Positions 24,050 to 36,570 of a DNA stretch of 64,000 bases are shown in pieces. The stretch covers positions 310,001 to 374,000 of the forward strand of contig NW_027191464.1 of NCBI RefSeq assembly GCF_011745625.1, in the 5' to 3' direction. The notes below the pieces were generated by a model. It worked only from the letters and a program-made list of their open reading frames with translations. It had not been told where the DNA came from and ran no database searches. Each line of letters opens with the position of its first letter. Position 1 is the stretch's first letter. The position numbers and the translations under genes were made by a program. This stretch comes from Cladosporium halotolerans (lineage: Eukaryota).

Positions 24050-25615
24050 CTACTTCGCCTCATGCATCTGCTCAATCCACGGCTGCCACCACTGCTCCAC
24101 GCCCTCCGGATACCTCCAATCGCTAAACTCGTGGTTCAGCAACCCCCACGTATCATCCACATCCTGCGCCCCAGAGCGAATGCGGTAGGATCCCGCCAGC
24201 GCCCACACCGCCCAGCTGATATCGTGCTCGAGGGTGAAATCCTGAATACAATTGAGCAGCGTGTCGTTCAGCAGCGTCGCGTCCTGCGCCCACCCGAACT
24301 CCGTCATCACGACCGGCACCTCGCGCACCGCCTCCGGGCAGTCGTCGATGGTACTGCAGGCTGCGGGCTTCGAGATGCCCAGCGCGTTGAACCCGTTGCG
24401 GTACAGCTGCGCTTTGATGATGTCGCAGTCGCCCGTGTCCTGGTCCTCGGACATGGAGTACATGTGCAGCTCGTAGAAGACTTTGTCGGCCCAGGGGTGC
24501 GCGGCGAGGTCGAAGACGAGGGGGTCGCGGCGGTGGCCGTCGCGGATCGCGTCGCACTTGTAGCAGGGGGCGACGTTGAGGTTGAGCCCGGACGTGACGG
24601 CGGACAGGTCTTGGTCGAACTGCATGCCGCTCCAGGAGACGAGGATGTCCGGGTTGACGGCGTGGATGGCGTCCGTGGCGGCCGTGTTGTTGGAGACGAG
24701 GTTGGGCCAGTTGTAGCCCAGGGTGGTGTCGTTGAGGGAGCGGCGGAGCTCGTTGCGGAGCGACATGGAGACGACGTTGGGGTGGCCGTGGGCCCAGTCG
24801 GCGACGTAGCGGAGGGCGCGGTGCCACTTTTCGATGTCGAAGTCGAGGTCGCCGAACCAGGAGTTGCCGTCTGGTGGGCGTTTGTTAGCTGGTTTGGGGG
24901 GTTTGGAGGGAAGTGGAGGGATGGTTTACCTTGCGAGCTGCAGCACCACTGGGCCTTGTGGATGTGCACGTCGGGGTGGATGAGGATGTGCTTCTCCGCG
25001 GCGGCTTTGGTGATGTCGTTCCAGATCTCGAAGCGAGTCGTGTCTTTGGTCCAGCCGGGGTTCTTGTCGAGGATCTCCTTGGTGACGCGCGTGCCGTTGG
25101 CGTAGCCCAGAGAGTTGATCATCGCCACTTCGAGCGGGACGTCGAGGCCCTCGCGTTCGTAGATTTGGTCGACCATCTCGGTTGCGTAGGTCCTGTGTCG
25201 ATGTGTCAGCGTCTGGATCTGCCATTGGACTTCTGAACACTTACAATCGGATGAAGTTGAAGCCGACGCTGGCCATGCGGTCGACAATGTCTTCCACAGA
25301 CAACCACTCGAGTCCTTCCGGCACCATTGTCTCGCCTGTTCATCGTTAGCTCGGGTATCATCGTCTCTTGCGAAGCTACCCACCGGAACCCGGCCAATTG
25401 ACGCCAGTCCAAGTGACAGCATCGCCATTGGAGTCGACAATGTCGCGACCATCAGTGCTGAACGGTCCATACGGCCATCCAGAGGTAGACGTGTTGTCCG
25501 CTCTCTTCGGCAAGAAAGTCATATCCCTCGGGTGAGGCGCCAACGCCGCCGCATCCACCGACGCAACTGCAAACGCAGTCGCGCACGCGATCGACTTCAC
25601 AATCCAAGAACTCAT
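24050..25615 (-). CDS. Secreted glycoside hydrolase family 5 (probably GH5_16 endo-beta-1,6-galactanase-like), 4 exons
   Basis: Signal peptide MSSWIVKSIACATAFAVASVDA; GVNWPGSGETMVPEGLEW, HIHKAQWCCS..DGNSWF, acid/base SLRNELR, YELHMY, nucleophile VVMTEFGW. Introns at ~25383-25336, 25244-25193, 24929-24871. Confidence 0.88.
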
Positions 25616-26487
25616 GACTGCCGCAGAATCAGAGAATACCAATCTTTCCCTTTGCTCCAAAGCATTGCAGGCCATGGTTCAATTTATCTACCAAACGCCG
25701 TCGGCTCCACATCGTGCGGGGGACCTGGCTCGCCAAGCTGTCGACGATGCCGACGCCTGGTGTCGCCCGGGTCGATGCACGCCGAATTTAAGCTGAGTTG
25801 CCTCGCTTGAAGTCTATGCTCGGATGTTGGCGTGGGGATTGCTTGGGGAAGTGGTTCGCGAGTCAAGAGTTCGAGTGGGTTCTTGCGCGCGTGGCCAACT
25901 CGATGGCCCTTCGTATCCTCGGCTTGACGTCGAAGTCGTCGCCCTCCACCGCGGGAGCTTGGGCGCTGCCACATGATCGTCGTGCCAAGGTGGTGTTGGA
26001 TGACGGTGGTGGCAGATTGCGGCGATTGAGAATTGAATTCTTCCGGCGACTGTTCGCACAGATGTGCACAGATGTTGCGGACATGGAGCCGTGGAGAAAT
26101 GTGGAGGGTGGATGAGTGTTGTTCAAGTCTTCAAGAGCTCCCGCAGCTGTTCTGGTTTGGTAGGGTTAGGGTTGGGGTACGGTGCTCTTGACCCATCATC
26201 TGTTTTCTTTGGTCGTGCGTCTCCAGTGCCAGTGAAACTCGTATGCATAGTGCATTTACTGAATTCTCTTTTATGTATGACAACAATTTCTCTTAAGGCC
26301 ACGGGTGTGACAGATCAATGCTTTAAAAGCATCGATGGAACGACGAGTTAACCTCCACATCCCATCGCTTCAAACAATCGATGCAATTTCGCCAACCTCC
26401 CCGATCGCCTCGAAGTCGATTCACATTCAACATTCGACATTACGGCACTTTTATTAAGAGGATTAGCTCCACTCTTTCCGCCAATGT

Positions 26488-28388
26488 CTAGTTCTGCCAA
26501 TTACCAGAAACCGTCACCGCCGTCGCACATGAGCGCGGGACGGTGTACGAACGGTCCGGATCCGCTTCCCAAGTCGCCTGCCCGCTGTTGCTGACGACGA
26601 GATACTTGTACTTGAACGAGGTGCCCGCCGGAAGAGTGACCGTACCTTCCCAAGCTGGGTTCTGCGCAGTGTAGCCCGTCGCCGAGAGCTCCACAGAATT
26701 CGCGGCGCTCCAGGAGCCAAGCTGAGAGATGGATCCGGACAGCTTCAGGGTGTCGCCGAAGTTGGTCGCCTTCCTACCGATGAACGTCACTGCTACAGAT
26801 GTCGCGGTCGCACACGGCGCGTTGGATGTGGTTGTCCGGGTAGAGGTGACGAGGGTGGAGGTGGAGGCGCCGGCGCAGATGCCGCTGCCGGAGAGGGCCG
26901 ATGTTGGATAGAAGACCTGCGGCAGTCCGTCCGTGATGCTGATGGCAAGGTTTCCGTTGGAGTCGGCGGCGTATGCCTTGCAAGTCAGGATCTCCATCAC
27001 GGACTGCCCGGACGTGAAGCCAGTTGCGGATGAGGAGAGTGTGAGCGATGCAGCGCCATTGGCGCCTCTGTTGTTGTGCACTGAAACGACAGACCCCTTG
27101 CGCATGACGATCGTCCTCGAGTCGGGAGAGGAGACCTGGGCCTTGTAGGACAGGTACGACGTATCCTTTTGCTTTGCCCAGTTCCGGAGGCCGTTTACCT
27201 GCTTGATGAAAGTGTAGAACGTCGATGTAGTCGAGTAACCAGAAGTCCACAGAGCTTCACGATCTGCTGGTACTTCGCCTCCTCTGAAGAATTGTTCTTG
27301 TCCTTGATAGATGATTGGGATGCCGTCCTGCAGTATGGTAAAAGCAATTGCGTTCTTGGTCAATGAGACGTCCGAAGTGTAGCTTGGGAATCTCGGTTGA
27401 TCATGATTTTCAAGAAAGGAACCAAGCAAAGTCGTATCGGCGCATGTAGTTCTCATCTGGTTGACCCCGTTGACCAAGTTCGAAATGCTCCCGCCCGTCG
27501 ACTGGAAAGCCTGAGTCATGGTATAGTACGTCGGATAGTTCAGAACGCCTGGCATGTAGTTCTGGTAAGGACAAACATACTTGGGATCACCGTTGAGAAC
27601 CTCGCCGACTGCATAGATACCGCCAGCAGCTTGCAGGAAGGGTTCCCAGAAGCCTGTGTTGACGTGCTTCGCGGTGTCGATGCGCAGGCCATCGATGGTG
27701 TAGTTCTTCACAAGCTGCGAGACCCAGGAGTTGAAGATGTCTTGAACTGCCGTATCCTCAGTCCTCAAATCCGGGAGTGGAACGTTGTTGCTACCAAGCC
27801 AACACTGTTTGACGCTCGTATCATCTGCATCATTGATGGTGCAGTAAGGGTGGAAGTACGACTGCTTGTTGAAGGGAGTGAAGATACTGTAGTCAACGCA
27901 CGTGGGGCAGCCGGGGTAGCCCATATGGTTGGGTGCGATGTCTACCATCAGGTACATGCCTCTGGCATGCAGAGCTGATGATAGCTTGATCAGATCTGCA
28001 GCAGCTCCGAAGTTGGTATTGACCTCGTAGATGTTCGTCGCCCAGTAACCGTGGTATGAATCGCCGTCATCTGTCGACTGCGCGAAATTCTGCACCACCG
28101 GTGATATCCAGACCTGGTATCATCAGCTAGAGTCTGTTAATATAAGTTTAGAGTACGCACTGCAGAGAAACCCATGTTCTGGATGTAGTCGAGCTTGTTG
28201 ATCAGACCCTGCCATGTGCCGCCACAGTATCGATTCACATCGCAGAAGGCACTCGTAGAGCCATCGGTTCGGGCGAAACGATCAGTGATAACCTGGTAGA
28301 TTGACTGAGATCGCCATTGCGCTGGGCTAAGGGCCGAAACGCAAACGCAAATCGCGAGGAGGAAAGTCTGGTAGATGAGAAACATCAT
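26488..28388 (-). CDS. Secreted alpha-amylase GH13_1 with linker and C-terminal CBM20 starch-binding domain, 2 exons
   Basis: [21 protein letters not shown]; conserved regions [29 protein letters not shown]20 ([19 protein letters not shown]...[12 protein letters not shown]). Intron at ~28159-28114. Confidence 0.95.
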
Positions 28389-30134
28389 GGAGTAGAATGA
28401 GTGTCTTTGCTTGTCTGTGAGAAGCAAACGGCAGTACGTTGACTACTCGGAGCTCCTATTTGTATACGATGGACCAGCGCCTCAAGAGTCTCTCTGACCG
28501 TGATGGATCCTAGACTTCTTTGCAAATGGAGCTGGTGTGTCCAGACCACACAAGACCGAAGATGCGGCTCGGCCAAGTGTCTCGAAGTGTGAATACTGTC
28601 GACTAGTCGTCCTTGGACCCATATGGACTGGGAGAAAGCTCGCGTCCACATTGTGAGGTTGATCACGACCTTCCGAAACTGTTCACTTCTGTGGGGCCAT
28701 AGTGGTCTGTTGGCGACGTACTCAGATTGCACTGGCGATGGTTCAACCCAGTCGTCGATCATCTTCAGCCTGGACCCACGCGGGCATCCATCGAGGAATA
28801 TGATCGGTTTGTTGAGCCGGCAAGACTTCAAGTTGGAGCAGGAGAAGAAAAGCCACCAGTAACAGGCCTACTTCCATGGCACCAAGTCGTCGAGCTATAG
28901 AGTGTTAGCGCACGATGAACTGTGACCGGCATGAACACTCCTACGCGAACACGCGATATGCCCAACGAATGATCAGCGACAGGGTACCTTGCCAGATACC
29001 TCACACAAGCGTCGGGCCACGCCTTGTCTCCGCCTGTCAGAACACTCATCTCCGCATGTAAGTGCGCCACCTGGGGGATGTACATGAAGTGGCTTCAGAC
29101 GGCGGCGGATGCTGACGAAGATGTCGTTGCAACCGTTAAGCTCCACGCGGACGGCGCACTATACGTTTGGCGCTTGACGACCAGTATTGATACTTTGCAT
29201 GCGAGCCATGCGCCGGCGTGGATTTCGGAGCAACACAATGCAGCCCTGAAGCACATGGGCGTAAAGTTTACAAGCGAGCTGCGGCAAAACAAACGGCCGG
29301 GTAGAGTTGTTTCCGAACGTGCTACAGCTGGATTTCATTCCTTTGGAAAGCTGCGTTTATTTCCAGCCTAGAAAAAGTAGGCCATCTTCGTGCCCCAATG
29401 CAGAGGGAAAGCCAGAACAAGAAAAGCTTGTAGTCAGTTGTCAATCATCCTTTCTGCGCGAAGTCGCCGCCACCTTTTGAGAGCGTGCTTTCAGTAGCAT
29501 CCCATGGGTTCAAAGCAAAATATTCGCATTGTTACCGTCCGTTCTGCGGCATATAGTGATAGCGCGCTCATCACTCGATAGACGAGGGCGTAAGGCTAGG
29601 CTTCTGTACCTTCCTGATGGGTGATTGCCTTTTCCTCAACGGTCATAGCGCCGGGGGTATTCTCGAACCAGATGGCCATGTGAAAGTAGACCATGTGATC
29701 ATCGTCTATGTATGCATGGGGAGTAAGCGTGATATGTCGGGTCGATGCAGTGTTGATGCGTAGTAGCTTTGTACCTGCAGCGCCTAAAGGAATTGGCTGA
29801 GAATGCGGCCGACGAGCCTCGTTTTGCTACATGTCCGAGAAACAGGATTGCAAGACAATCCATCCTCCCGCTCATTGCAGGACGGTCGCCAACAGTCCGT
29901 TCTGAAGGCGTCTTTGCATCGAGGTAGCAGCAGTGGTAACACGCAATTTGCGCTGCTTCGGCAAACCACGCTTTGGAAGGGTCAAGTCGACCGCCCTGCC
30001 ATCCCCACAGGCAAGCAGGTACTGTGGAAGAATGAAAATTCTGTACACTTGGACACCCCTCTCGCCTGGATCGGTACAGAATGAAAACACCAAGCTACCT
30101 AGGTATTGCAAAAATGAACGCATATCCCAAGAGC

Positions 30135-30139
30135 AAAAA
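30135..30139 (-). terminator. RNA polymerase III oligo-T terminator of the 5S gene
   Basis: TTTTT on the minus strand at the 5S 3' end. Confidence 0.75.
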
Positions 30140-30257
30140 CATACAACAGGCGGGATTCCCAGATGGTCACCCACTCTAGTACTAGTCGCCCGGTTCAGTG
30201 CTTATGTATGGCAGAGCGGACGGGATGCCCAGTTTTCACTGACCTGTGGTCGTATGT
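30139..30257 (-). rRNA. Dispersed 5S rRNA gene
   Basis: Reverse complement ACATACGACCACAGGTCAGTGAAAACTGGGCATCCCGTCCGCTCTGCC...TAGTACTAGAGTGGGTGACCATCTGGGAATCCCGCCTGTTGTATGT, 119 nt, 5' and 3' ends complementary, typical filamentous-ascomycete 5S. Confidence 0.95.
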
Positions 30258-31225
30258 ACTAGATCACTGGTTGCATGCAATATTATCACTTCAAAATGGC
30301 TCTGCACCACTTGCATAGTGGCGAAGCATCGTAAAGTGTCATGTCGCTTCGCTGGCTACATAACAACCGCCTTCTACGCTCCGGCGACTTAAGGCATGTA
30401 CCGCTTGCTAGGTGGAAAAAGGCGCGGACAGGCTTTCGTTTGTAGCGTAGTTCGCATCACTTTCTCCAGCCCGTCAGTCCTGGATTGCGTGACGGTTGTC
30501 ATTAGGCGACGCACATGATGATGGTCGCTATCTCGTTTTGCAAACTGGTCTTCGCCCCGCAGGAAACTCTTCAACTCGAGCGAGCGAGGAGTGGCGTTGT
30601 GTAAAGAGGGATGCATCGCTGCAACGGCCGAAGGTGGTCAGGCCATAGCAGAATCGCAGGGCGGCTGCGAACGGCGCGAAAGACGACACGAAGGACGAGC
30701 ACGAAGAACCTTGACGTCCCCTCAAGGCCCAGCACACGTTGGTGGATCGGGTGCGCTAGCGTAGATCAGCAAACAACCCACTTCTAGAGGTCTCCACCAA
30801 TAAGCGTATCGACAGAGCAAGGTAACGAGGGGCAGAACGAGAGTGATCACGAAGCCGGAAGCTGTAACATTGCGACTTTTGAGCTTGAGTGCACCTGGTA
30901 GTACAAGAAGTCTGAAGTTTCCAGCGCGAAGAGCGAAACCGGAATGGCTAGGCTGGGAGGCTCAGACTCCGGAAAGGCGCCACGAAGGATGTGCACGCTA
31001 AGAGCACTTCGTTGGAGTCAGTGGTGAGATTGATCGTGACCCACGCATCATCCCCCACTAATTACGTCTCGCAAATGTGGTGAAATGGTTGATGGACTGA
31101 TAGATAGGCAGGTATTCCTGGACAAGGACGTACGCACTGTACACTCCCTAGAACAAAGGTACCCTCCGCCAACCCTACAGTTGCACTCTCGCACTCAGCC
31201 ACCTTGACATCGCCCGAACACAAAC

Positions 31226-32163
31226 ATGCCTGTCCACGACAGCTTCGAATCACCCAGAGAAGACCAGCACGATGTCAGCCCTGCATGGTTTGAGCGACAG
31301 AAGCAGCGTCCTGTCCACCGCAATGACCCAAGCCTTCGCAACTGGCTTAATACGGAAGTTGATGCATTGAGAGCAATCCACGATGCTCATATGAATGCAG
31401 ATGAGGCGGCATTATCCATGACTTACCCACTGTCCACCTCCCCTGTACCAGCACTAGGAGGCTATTCTGATGATATCCTGGCTGTTGACAACTTGTGGCG
31501 ACTCATCATAGCAGCTCTCATGGAATGGCCACCTGCACGTGCCCCCGAGATCTTTACGCTGCTGAATGCGATCGCGAAGGCGCCGGGTAACATCCACAAA
31601 GGCGAAGCTGTTGATGATGGGGTGAAGCTCACATGGGCGCAATTCCCGTACTTCGGCTTGACCTGGAACGAGTGCACTGGCGCAGACATGCAGCCAGGCC
31701 AAATTTGCCGGCAGTATTCCGACCCAACCTTGGGTGAAATGGCGCGGAAACTTATTTGAAGATAAAGGACTTCGAAGCTCAGTTGAGTGCGAAGCACGTC
31801 CTGACGATGAACAAGGCGATGATTCAATTCATCATCCAAGCGCTCGAAAAAGAAATCGACCAAAGCGACGAGCGGCTTGCTCCAGATGAAGCTACTGGTT
31901 ACGATCAAGTCAAGCTTGACTTTCACATTCCCGCTATCTCATTCATGTTCAAGTATAACAAGCGCGAAGTCTACGACCGAGTTGTGACGAAGGGATTGGG
32001 AGATTGGAAAAAGCGTCAACTGCCTGATGGAGCAAAGGATTTCCAGAATGGAGCTGAGCGATGGTCGTTTTGGAGGAGACGTCTGGAGGATTTGTCTCAA
32101 AGGAATGCCAATGACGAGGTGAAAGCCGCCGCAAGGGCAAGCTTGGAGTATATGGACGCATGA
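31226..32163 (+). pseudogene. DUF3632-like fungal protein interrupted by a 1-nt frameshift near 31752
   Basis: ORFs 31226-31759 and 31756-32163 are consecutive halves (LWRLIIAALMEWP...LTWAQFPYFG / AERWSFWRRRLEDLS). No plausible intron restores the frame. Confidence 0.6.
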
Positions 32164-32294
32164 CCATGCATGCCAGTTTCCTATGATCGCACAATGGCAA
32201 CATGAACAGACACTGCTAATCAACTTGTCTTTCACGGCTACGTTTGCTGGCGAAGCCTCGCCTTAGTGTCTCAATTGCACTAAATTCAAGCCTC

Positions 32295-32585
32295 GAAGAC
32301 AATTTGTTGAACCGTATTTACACCGAGTACCAAATCTACGATGTGTCTGAGTTCTTCTACGTTGGAGAGAATGTTCTCGGAGCTACTGTCGCGGACGGTC
32401 ACTTCTGTGGCAAGAACACCGCCCTCTGTTGGGAGGATGGTTATGGAGACCGTCTCGGTGACTACTCTTTACTGGAGCTGGACTCAGAAGGAGGTGCCAC
32501 ATTGCGATTCACCACCAACGACTCATGGCAAGTTGGATCCGGTCGCATAGTTCGTTCGGACCCCAAGTCGGGCGAGAGAGTAGGC
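32295..32585 (+). pseudogene. Relic of an alpha-L-rhamnosidase (GH78) N-terminal domain
   Basis: YQIYDVSEFFYVGENVLGATVADGHFCGK...YGDR...LELDSEGG...FTTNDSWQVGSGRIVRSD resembles the GH78 pattern YQTYDVT.LL..GEN.IGA.V.DGW...YGDR...TD.SW....GPI..SD. No start or catalytic domain nearby. Confidence 0.55.
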
Positions 32586-32856
32586 CTATTGTATTTCCCA
32601 TTTCCAAAACTTGTAGCGACGTCTATTCGCTCTCTGACTAGGCTTCACACTGGAGCTGACTAAAACATGCGGGGTCAGTATTGAGGTAGCTCCTTTCTCC
32701 GAACTCTCAGAGCAATTAAGATTTGAATCGTAGTTTACTCGAAGAAAGATTGAACTTGTTCCGACTCTTGAAGGTTGATCAACGTTTTGAAATCTGGCGA
32801 GACCTGTTTCCCCACTTCTACTCCTTTGCATACAGCGCTACTTCACGTGAGTCAAA

Positions 32857-33976
32857 ATGCCACTTGATGTACCGACGGGCTCGGCGACCGTGGAAGTATC
32901 GATCATAAGTCCCAACCGGGTCTTGGACGTGCCGCCGAACGCATTCCTCACTCCTGAGATCCAGGGCACTGCATATAAAGACACACCATGTCTATTCTTC
33001 CTAGTAAAGCACTACAACGCGGACGGCGGTCAATCGTATGCTCTTTTCGATCTCGGTATTAGGTCAGACTGGGAGAAATTACCTCCAGGGAGTTCGTTTC
33101 CAACCATTGCACGTTGATAATTCCCTCGACTGATGATAGATAGTTGTATCAACGATCCAGTCAATGGAAATCAAGATCAGCACCGGAGCCGATGTCACAG
33201 CGCAGTTGGAAGCTGGAGGTGTAGATCTGACAGCAATTTGCACCCTTTTCCTTTCGCATGCACACTTCGATCATATCGGAGACCCTACCCGGCTGCCGGC
33301 AACGTGTAGCATCGTTGTGGGCCCGGGCTTCTCGGAGCACTGCCTGCCTGGATACCCAGAGGACGCGGAGTCGCCCATTTGCGGGGGTACGTTCCATGAT
33401 CGAAAGCTGCAAGAGCTCTATTTCGATAATGCTTCATTGAGGATCGCAGGTCTCCCTGCTATCGACTGGTTTGGTGATGGGAGTTTTTACCTGTTCCATA
33501 CTCCCGGTCATGCCGTTGGACATATCAGTGCCCTGGCACGGACTCAGCTAGGCGATCCGACCTGCGGTGTGGTGGATACCTTTCTGCTCTTAGCTGGCGA
33601 TGTCTGTCACCACATGGGAGAGCTTCGGCCCAACCACCTGCAACACCTGCCAGAGGCTCATTCAAGCTCCCATGGAATGCAGGATGAGCGCGTCCCGATC
33701 TCAGATTTCCGGAGTGTTCACCCGGAGCATTGCACGGATCGTCCGTTCTACAAACCCGCTTGCGGTGGGTTTAATCTGGACAGCCTGATGATGCAGGCGA
33801 CAGTCGAAAAGATCAAACTCCTTGATAGCGATCCCCGGGTGTTCACAGTTCTTGCGCATGATCACTGGCTACTGGATGTGGTCGACCTTTTCCCCGCTAG
33901 TGCGAATGAATGGAAAGCCAAAGGGTGGGCAGAGAAGTCGAGATGGAGATTTCTCCAAGATTTTCGCTTGACGTGA
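32857..33976 (+). CDS. Metallo-beta-lactamase-fold hydrolase (AHL-lactonase/lactamase-like), 2 exons
   Basis: ALFDLGIRSDW, zinc motif SHAHFDHIGD, DWFGDGSFYLFHTPGHAVGHISALAR, GDVCHHMGELRP, AHD. Intron 33092-33143 joins ORFs 32857 and 33164 in frame. Confidence 0.88.
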
Positions 33977-34198
33977 AGTAGCAGGCAGAGATGAAACGTC
34001 AGGCTCCACGGACTCCCGCAACTTCCCCAGATCTGTCTCGCGCCACTGGTGCTGTGGTGTGCGTTCTGTTTGCCGCTACGCCTGTTTCCAAGCCGATGGA
34101 GTGATAATTGCGTGGTCTCTTTGCATCTCTAGACAGAGCATGGAGACCGCAAAAGCTCGTACTCCCTAGACGGAATCATTGCACGTAGCCCGCCGGCC

Positions 34199-36570
34199 TC
34201 ACAACAACCCCGCCTTCGCCAACCTCTTCTCCAACGCCGTCTCCCACGCCGCCACACCCCCAGCAAGCACCTTGACCTTCCCCGCCTTAACCTCATAAAC
34301 AACCCTGCGCCTCTGCTCCTCCTCCTCCTCATCCCCCTCTCCCTCATCCTCGCTATCCTCCACATCAACCGCCTCGCCCTCCACAATCGTCCTAACCATA
34401 AACCGATCGTGCGAAACCAGCACCACAGCCCCGTCGTACGCCTGCAGCGCCCGCGCCAAGCCACTGACAGTCGCGAGGTCGAGGTGCGTGCTCGGCTCGT
34501 CGAGCACGAAGACGTGCGGCGGGTCGAGGAACAGCAGCGACAGCGCGAGGCGCACGAGCTGCCCGCCGGAGAGCTTGGCGACGGGCGTGTCGGAGACGGT
34601 GCGGCCGGCGAGGCCGGTGCCCGCGAGGAGCTTGCGGGCGTCTTGGTCTTCGAGGGGGAGGGATTTTTCCGAAGCTGAGTGCTGGAGGAGGGAGAGGGCG
34701 GTGAGGCTTGGGTCTGCGGCGCCTTTGCGGGCGAGGTCGTCGACGGTGTGTTGGGAGTAGAAGCCGACTTTGAGCCGGGGGTACGTCTGGAGGGTGCCGG
34801 AGGTGGGGGCGTTGGTGCTTGTGAGGAGTTGGACGAGGGTGGTTTTGCCGGCGCCGTTGAGGCCTAGGAGGCCTATGCGGTCGCCGGGGTGGACGATGAG
34901 GTTGACGTCTTGGAGGGCGGGCTTGGGAGCTCGGGGGTAGCGGTAGGAGATGTTTTCGAGCGAGATCAGGGAGCTCTGGAAGCGCATTTCGGGCGCAGGA
35001 GGGAAGCGCAGTGATACTGCTTCTTCTTCCTTTGGGACCTCGATAGCGTCGCGTTTGCTCAAGTGGTAGCCTGCTAAATCTCTGTTGAGCTTGAAGCGGC
35101 CGCCTTTGGCGCTCACTTCCATTCCCATCCGGTCGTCGAGCTTCTTCTGCCGGCTCTTCGCTTGGCGGAGTTTGTTGTCGTCGCCGGTCTTCTTGCCCTG
35201 CTGGATACTGTTGGCTACCGTCTTGTTCATGTGTGCGATCTGACGATCCTGTGCTTCCTTCATCCGGCTCATGCGCAGGATCTCGTGGCGAATTGACTTT
35301 TCGTACGATTCCAGATTGCCTTGAAAGTAGGTAAGCTGCTTGTCTCGGAGGATCATCAGCTCGTCGCAAGTTGCGTTGACGAATTCTCTGTCGTGAGAGA
35401 CGAGTACGACGGCTGTCTGAGGCGAGGCGTCGCGTAGATCTTCCAGGTACTTTTGCAACCACAGCATGCCCATCATGTCGAGAAAGTTGGTAGGTTCGTC
35501 CAAGATCAGCACGTCTGCCGTCTGTAAGAGCGCAGCAGCCAGCTGGCAGCGCATCCGCCACCCACCGGAAAGCGTAGAAATCTTGCTGCTCAGACGTGCA
35601 TCCGTGAACCCCAGCCCGGCAAGGACGCCTTTCGCTTTCGCTTCCACATCTCGGACCGGCAAGAGATCGACTTCCGCTTGCAAGGCCGCCTGAAGAGCCA
35701 GGGCCTTCTGCGTGTCCTCCGCAAGACTGTCTCCCTTCGAATCAAGTTCCAGTGCTTCTAGCTGAAGTCTCGCTTCCTCGGTCGCTTTCTCCTGAGTCCG
35801 GAGAAACTTCCTCGCATCGAAGCCACGGGCTCCGCTACGTAATCGGGCAATCTTGTCCGCTGTGAACAATTCATCTTGTGCGCGGTCATACTCAATGGAT
35901 CTCAGAGTTTTGGTCACAGAGAGGCCGTCCGGGTCGCCGAGAGCGGTATTGAGTGCTTTTTCAGTCAGCAGGCAGTTGCCGTTGTAACACTCATATCTTA
36001 CGTACCTGCCAATTCCCTGTTCAACCTGTTGCGATACACATCGCTCTGTGAGACGTACTCCAGTACGGTCACGTCTTCCGCGGTGTCATTTGAATGAGGC
36101 TTGTCATTCCCGTCCTCCTTATCGTGCACCTGGCGCATCGCGGCGACGCGGAAGTCGAACGGCAGTGCAGGGATGAGTTTTTCTGAAATAGAGACGAGCA
36201 GTGCTTGCGGTAATTAGTGACAGATCGTACTCCACATAGAGACCAGCGTGACCTACTCGACTTGCCAGTCCCGTTGCGCCCCACGAAGCCGTAGCGTCCA
36301 CCGCTCTTGATCCGCAAGTGTGCGCCAGTCAAGATCTCCAGGCCTGACGTTCGCTGTTTGCTACTTCTTGCTTTGCTTGCGGATGTGTTTTGCCCTGTGG
36401 GAGCATCTCGGCTGACCAGCGATATGCTGAGGTCGTGGACGTCGATCTGATCTTGTCAGTAGCAGTCTGGCGGTTATCTTGGCGCTAGTACTGACTTCTC
36501 TGTTCTCAGCACCTTCGGCGATGTGGAACCGTGTCTGCTGGCAGGACACCTGGATCGCATTGGAGGTCAT
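34199..36570 (-). CDS. ABC-F family soluble ATPase (two nucleotide-binding domains, no TM), multi-exon 5' part
   Basis: Walker A GRNGTGKS and GLNGAGKTT, signatures LSGGWRMR and LSGGQLVR, LILDEPTNFLD and VLDEPSTHLD, VSHDR. The start MTSNAIQVSCQQTRFH at 36570 and the 5' exon boundaries are approximate. Confidence 0.88.

Noticed and set aside
26158..26177. TAGGG TTAGGG TTGGGG telomere-like motif near the edge of the accessory stretch
   Set aside because: Only one perfect TTAGGG unit; expected by chance.
29282..29296. CGG-N9-CGG as an AmyR site upstream of the amylase
   Set aside because: The spacing does not fit the CGG-N8-CGG consensus.
28400..30100. Possible degraded gene remnants upstream of the secreted amylase
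   Set aside because: Translations in several frames gave no motif I could assign with confidence; needs BLASTX.
29872..30262. Short ORFs overlapping the 5S gene
   Set aside because: Explained by the RNA gene; no coding features.
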